Shown piece after piece: positions 58,190 to 64,000 of a stretch of DNA of 64,000 bases (positions within the stretch are counted from its first letter, which is position 1; the number at the start of each line of letters is the position of its first letter). The position numbers and the translations under genes were made by a program. Under the pieces are notes generated by a model. It searched no databases. It was given only the letters and a program-made list of their open reading frames with translations, and had not been told where the DNA came from. The stretch lies in NCBI GenBank assembly GCA_047967505.1, contig CM106538.1; one strand, written 5' to 3'. The stretch is from Dipteris shenzhenensis (Eukaryota).

Positions 58190-58799
58190 CTGTAAAGTAT
58201 ACATGAATTATTGCAAGAAGTTAGAAGGCATAGCTAGAATATACCCCATCTTACAAATAGAGAACTGTTTTTGCGAGCCAAATGGCAAGAAAGAAATGAG
58301 AGACAGAGAAAAAAGAAAGAATATATCTGCAAAAGACCAAGAATGGTCCACGAGGCGAAGTACAATAGAGTGCATGAAATGCCAAAAGGGAAACCAATCT
58401 GGAGCATGTGAGCATGTGATCACAGACAAGCTAGTTCACTCCGTTGTCTTTCTTAGGGAGCAGCAGTAGTTTTTTCTTTCTTCCATCTGCCCTGCCGTCG
58501 ACCCCCTACTTGCCAGGGCTCTCGTCCCAGCCATTATAGGCATTCACATTGCTCCTTCCCCCACGACACCTATAGTGTCCGTTGCCCCTCAATGGGCTGT
58601 ACTGAGGTGCCACAATCTGTAAGGCGATGGCAGTTGTTCTCCCGCCCCAGCTTTTCGCAACACCACCTCCAAGGTGCTCCGATTGGAGTGGTAAACATGC
58701 CCTTGCACCATTATCTTGCTTGGCCTTGGACTATATGCTGGGCCACAGCTGCTCGACGAATCGCCTGCTGCCTGTATAGGGGATGGGCAGCAGACGGCC

Positions 58800-59125
58800 T
58801 CCTTCCTGTCTTCCTTTCTCTCCCTCCCTCCATCCTTTCCTTCCTTTCTGCCCTTCGCACCTACTTTCTTTCCCCTCACATCCTTTCCCCTTTTAAAAAA
58901 TATAAAACTTAATTTAGCCCTCCATCATTTCCCACCTTTGTCTCCATTCCTTTCCCACCTTCCTCTCTTCTGTTCCTTTCTTTCCTCCATTCCCTCCTTT
59001 CTTTCTTATCTTGTTTTCCTCCATTCCCTCCGACCTTTCTTTCCTCCATCCCCACCCGCTTTCCCTCTCCCTTCTTCCCCCCCTGTCATTCTCTCCTTTC
59101 CCTTTTATCTCTCTCTATTCCTTCA
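58800..59125 (+). repeat. Polypyrimidine low-complexity tract
   Basis: Almost entirely C/T over about 320 bp. Confidence 0.8.
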
Positions 59126-59669
59126 TCGCGTGGTAGGAAGGTGACCTACAGGTCTAGTCAAAGGAGCTCAAATGACAACATCCTCAATTCCCTACTCTTA
59201 TCAAGGTTCGGGATTGGGTTCAAGCAAGGCTCGCTCTAGAAAGTGATCACAGCCAAGAATTGACCATATACAGATGTGAGGTTTTCTTGATTCAGAGGTC
59301 CACTCCAAAGACAGCTCAAACACTTCTCTGGTATTCCCCCATATACCTCAGCTCACACTTGGTTTTCTTTTCTTCATACCTTGGTACCACAACTTCAATG
59401 CCCATACTCAAGTGGCTAGCTTCAAATGCTTAGGTTGCTCCTCGCTTACCAAGCTGAGATACTGCCAATCTCTTTCGTGACCCATCTCGGAAATGCTTGC
59501 TCGTGCAGAGCTGTCTATGTTGGAAAACAAACCCACACTTGCTTGTAGCATAGCATAGCTAATACAACATGTAGATAGATTAATGTCATTGCAATCACCA
59601 TCTAAGAACACAAGACATCTATTGCCGAAGATATGCCATAGTGCAACACCCAATTATCTCACTTCAAGA

Positions 59670-61185
59670 CCTGTGCAAATACAAGAGATATAGAGAGCAA
59701 TTCAGATCATAGAAAGAGAATACACAGATATACAGCCAAAACAGATCTCATCTATAAATATACCTTTGTAAGATTATAATATATCCAATCGTACAAATAC
59801 AGAAATCCATACAAAAGGAGCTCCAAAATTGTACCAACACCTCCAGCAAACATCTGCACGCTCTATTTGCTGAACCCTCTGCTATAGAATCCCTCTTGGA
59901 TCACCCCGTGCCTCTCCTAGGCTTCAGTAGCTTGCTCTAGGGTGAGCATTGCATGTTGCTCCCTCCTGCACTCACATGTACTCTCCTACAACGTGTACGT
60001 ATGTATAGGCTCGGAAGCCTTCCAATCTGGCTGAATAGAATGATGATCTGGCTGACTAGATACACGCCCAACCAACCTGCCACAGATTGGGCTGACCTAG
60101 TTTGTGTATGTTGATGTTGGAAAGTAGAGGATAGAATCACTCACTCCTCACACTCCTGATCGCAGCTCATACAACACTCAAAGAGAGATAGAGAGAGAGA
60201 GACAAAACTCAGATATATTCTTCCACAACAGTGGGCTGACAAAAGCTCAAGAGGTGAGGAACAACCAGCAAAGAGATGCTGATACAAAAGCTGAGTCTAC
60301 TCCTCTCCTTGCACCCTTGCCCGGGTGCTGGCTGTCAATGCTGGTGATGAGAAGTGTGGGGGGGAGGGGGTTTATATAGATGGGCAGCAAGCCCCTTGAA
60401 CTGACCGACTTTCCAGTCGGTTCCAGTCTGCTGCACCGACTCCCAGAAGGTCCAAAATGACCAACATCTGGTCAGTTTCTAGGCCAGCCCTTTGGCCTAT
60501 ATAAGGCCCCGTATGTTGGACCTTGTTGGCTGCTACTAGCTGGTACACACGTACTGCAGATGCCCCCGCATGGGCCCGTGGTGCTGGCGCACTGTTCCAG
60601 GCAGGGTGCTGCCCTCAGACAGCAAGGTACTCTCAGCGTCCCATCCCCCTATAGTCTCCTGCCTCCCTTGTCCCCTCAAATCGGGGGGTCATAGGTGGGG
60701 CAGTGACATTTCTAACACCCCCTCTCAATGACACAACTGTGGGCCCATCCCCATGCGTCGAATGAGGTGTTTCATCTGCTCCCTGGGAAGCACCTTGGTG
60801 AAGACATCCGAGATGTTGTCGTCGGTCGGGCAGTGCATGAACTCTATGACACCTTTGTCGATGAGTTCACAAACAAAGTGGTAGTGGAACTTGATGTGCT
60901 TCATCCGTGCATGAAACACGGGGTTGTTGGCGATTGCTATGCAACTCTGGTTGTCGCACAAAATCATAGTCGCATCTTCTTGGGCCACATTCATGTCCTC
61001 TAAAATCCACCTGGCCACAATGCTTCACATGCCACTGTACAAGCAGCCCTGTACTCTGTCTCTGTAGATGAAAGGGCGACAGTAGGTTGTTTCTACTCAG
61101 CCATCATGACACAACTCTTAATGAGAGTAAGAAACAGTATCCAGAAGTCGATCTCCACGTGTCACTATCAGCTGCCCAATCATCA
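59670..61185 (-). mobile_element. Ty1/copia element E 3' fragment (RNase H, PPT, 3' LTR); LTR distal edge approximate
   Basis: DWAAD..RSTSGY, CDNQSCIAIANNPVFHARMKHI, PPT TTGAGAGGGGG then TGTTAG at 60717, TATA near 60375 and CT-rich R region. Confidence 0.75.
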
Positions 61186-64000
61186 GCTCATTGCCTAGGG
61201 GATCTTTGGAACTTGGGCTAACAGCCAAGTGGGGGGACTATACAACCAGCGAATCCCTCGCGGAGTGAAGATGTAGAAAACACCTGCAAGCCAAGCCTTG
61301 CAGAAACGAGCACGCCTCTCAATAGTTGCCCTGGAGCCTGGAGTCCCACACTCCTAGGTGGAACATAGAGTGTAAATGATATCCTGCCAGATGGCAACCA
61401 AGGTAGCCGAGGGTGGAACCAGGTGCTCTCCCATCACAAGACTGTAGTGAGCCACCCAAATGTTCCAAGCCGTGATGCTGGCTACCACCTCCCAAACAAT
61501 GTCTTCCCTAGGAGGAGGAGGAGCTAGGGCATCAAGGGGGGCTGCCTTGTGGAGTGCAATCCTCTAAATGCTCTAACCCTGTATCTGGTAGGCTGGGGAG
61601 ATCTCATCAATCTGAAATGTGTGTCCTCCCTTTGTCAACCAAGCCACCCTTCCCCAGGTGTAGACTCTGCATTCGTGTCATGATCCTGAGGGCTCTCATC
61701 CAGATCCTCGCTGTGCTACGACAACTCCATTGGCAATGTGGGATAGTCTCCAGTACACCATCTGAGCAGCCATGGCATTGCCCCTCCACTCGCATCTGCT
61801 GCAACCATGGGCCAATGGGAAAGCCTCCGTGGGCTGCTAGCCAGAAGAAGTATGAAATCTTCCTCGGCCGCAAGTTGGACCACAACCATGTCCAAAACCT
61901 GGAGCGAGCATCTCGGGGCACTCTCTAGGTCACCCAGTGTCTCTCCCTCAAGGGAGTCCATCTCGACAAGTCCATCTGAAGTCTCCTGCCAATCTATGTG
62001 GTGTAGGAAAAGAAAGGCACCTCATCTATCGTCTCAGCTAGGCCACCCCTAGAGGGCCAAAACCACCATCTAGAGGCGTCTTGCTCTGAGATACTGGGAG
62101 GATCAATGTGCCACTCCTTCCCCAACCGTCCTACCACTCTGATCATCTGCCTGTGTATCCCATCAAGACTCCCATCCATCTCAGGGTCACTCCCAGTGAG
62201 GGGCTGAAGTAGGTCTCTAGGTCCTACACGGCAGAAGCCGAGGTGCGTGTTGCCGTGCTGCATCAAAATCCTCAAGGGAACACTAGTACAGCAAAACTGC
62301 CCCAACCATTTGCTGTCTCTCCAAATGTGAAGTCCTTCCCACCAGGACTCAGGAATGGCTAAGTCAATCTTGCCCATCCGCTGCCCTACCCCTCTCAGAT
62401 GCGCTAGGGCATCGAGCCTCGCCTTTGCCTCCATAGGTAGTCTGCTTCAGCGACCAAAAGACCTTGCTAGACCACTGTCCCACTGTGCCCAACCAATGTG
62501 AGTCCGCTGCCCAAGCATACGTCCCTCCTGATCTCTAACCTTTGGGTGCCACATAAGGGGCTGACACTTGAACTCCTCTCTGCATCTAGATGGAGCACGG
62601 ATGAGACCCCCTGCGAGTCTCTACCAAATCCTGTGAAGACTCCTCATCAAGGGGGAGCCCTTCCCTATAAGGGGGGCCTCTGAGAAGATCCATCTATGTG
62701 AAGGCTGCCACTATCCCCGAATGCGTGGGGTGTTCCTCAGAAGCCCTCTCTGTAAGAGGAGCTTCCAACAAGGCTTGGCACCTGGAATGAGGCCACGAAC
62801 CACCAACTTGCCCAGAAGGGCCCTGCTCTGCATCTCCTGATCAATGATACCCAAGCCTCCCAAGGCATGATCACCGTCTGCCAAGCTACTCGGGCTCTAG
62901 TGTTCCTCGTGCCATCTGAACCTGCCCAGAGGAAGTTCCGTACCAACCGTCGGAGCTGCCCAATGCATCCTCTGTGAAAGCACCAACAGGAGGCAATATA
63001 CCAGGTAGTGGCAAGAATGACCTGGTTTGCCACTAAGGCGCGACCTGAGAGGGAGAGTTTGGCCGAGCTCCAATAGAGAAGCTTGCGCCAAACACTCTCA
63101 AGGACTGGGGTAATCTATTGCTCTGTTGTGATGTCAATACCCACCTGGCATCCGAGGTATCTCGCTTTCTGGCCCCACGGTATCCATCTGAAACCCCAAG
63201 GCCTCACAATAGATAGCCAAGGCGCCTTTGACTCTCTCTAGACTCGCCGTGGTGCCCTCAACATACAAGGCCGTGTCATCTGCAAACTCCAAGTCAAGGA
63301 GCTCCTCCTCCTACCTGATTGGGAGCCTCAACCCTGTGAGACCTGCCACCTGTGATCTCAAATAATAGCCCAGAGCCTCCACTACAAACAAGAAGAGGAA
63401 GGGAGCTAGTGGGCAGCCCTGGCGAATTGAGCGAGAGAGAGGAAAGGCCTCGCCTGTGTGTCCCCCGATAATCATCTGACTAGAGCTCCCTGCATATAGC
63501 GTTGAAACTCCTCTGACCCATCTGTCTGAGAAGCCAATCTCTTCATAGTGCCCTCCAGGAAAGACCACTCCACCATGTCGTACGCCTTCTCAAAGTCCAA
63601 GAGAAGGATGGCCAGTGGCCGTGACTCCTCCCTGGACCAATCCACTATCTCCAGAACGTGAAGATGTTGTCCAAGATGCTACGCTCCTGGACAAACCCAA
63701 TCTCTGTGTCATGGATGATGTCGGTAAGATGAGGCCGTAACTGCAAACTCAAGACCTTGGCGAGGATCTTGTATGCAGTATCAAGTGGAGTGATCGGCCT
63801 CCACTATTGGATATCTGACCTATCTCCCCCTTTTGGGATCAAACAAATCCACCCCCTGCACAAGGCTGAGGGAGAAGGCCTGTGTCGAAAATCTCCTCGC
63901 AAGCGAAACGAAAAGGAATGGAGATAATCTCCCAGAATTTTCGGAAGAAGACCGGAGTCACAAGCCATCCTCCCCCGGGCACTTCTGGGTCGGGAGAGCC
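61186..64000 (-). mobile_element. L1 LINE (c) ORF2 RT and C-terminus; 5' part outside window
   Basis: KCPGEDG, WRPIT, LDFEKAYD, SIRQGCPLAPFLF, EFADD, zf-RVT (CHGC..ETIPHCQWSC). Confidence 0.88.

Overview
Eukaryotic plant genomic DNA. The very large TE-filled introns suggest a fern or lycophyte, but the host cannot be named from sequence alone. One host gene is present: 13 intact, correctly phased coding exons (2009 bp, about 669 codons) of an ABCA2/ATH1-type half-size ABC transporter on the minus strand (58189 to 13626). Its N-terminal exons, and probably its last exon, lie outside the window. The introns (28.7 kb, 12.3 kb, and two that run off the window edges) are filled with decayed, nested retroelements. 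These are four RTEX-like LINEs, several L1 LINEs, four Ty1/copia elements (two complete, with TSDs ATCGT and GCAAT), two Ty3/gypsy elements (one with a chromodomain), a short poly(A) retro-insert, and a Penelope-like element whose GIY-YIG endonuclease lies N-terminal to the RT (Naiad/Chlamys type). Most notable observations: (1) a 100-bp-periodic array of hammerhead-like but non-canonical structured units in the leader of the Penelope-like element; (2) two PCNA-interacting (PIP-box-like) motifs at the ORF2 C-terminus of all four RTEX-like LINEs; (3) a conserved interlocking-hairpin plus (CTTT)n LINE 3' end with apparent preference for CT-rich LTR tracts; (4) telomeric filler replacing an RT active site; (5) homotypic transcription-factor motif arrays (W-box, CCGTAC, TGACGTGGC, MYB, DRE) in LTRs and leaders; (6) a probable GC-AG donor on the last visible ABCA exon. 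All counts and alignments were made by eye.
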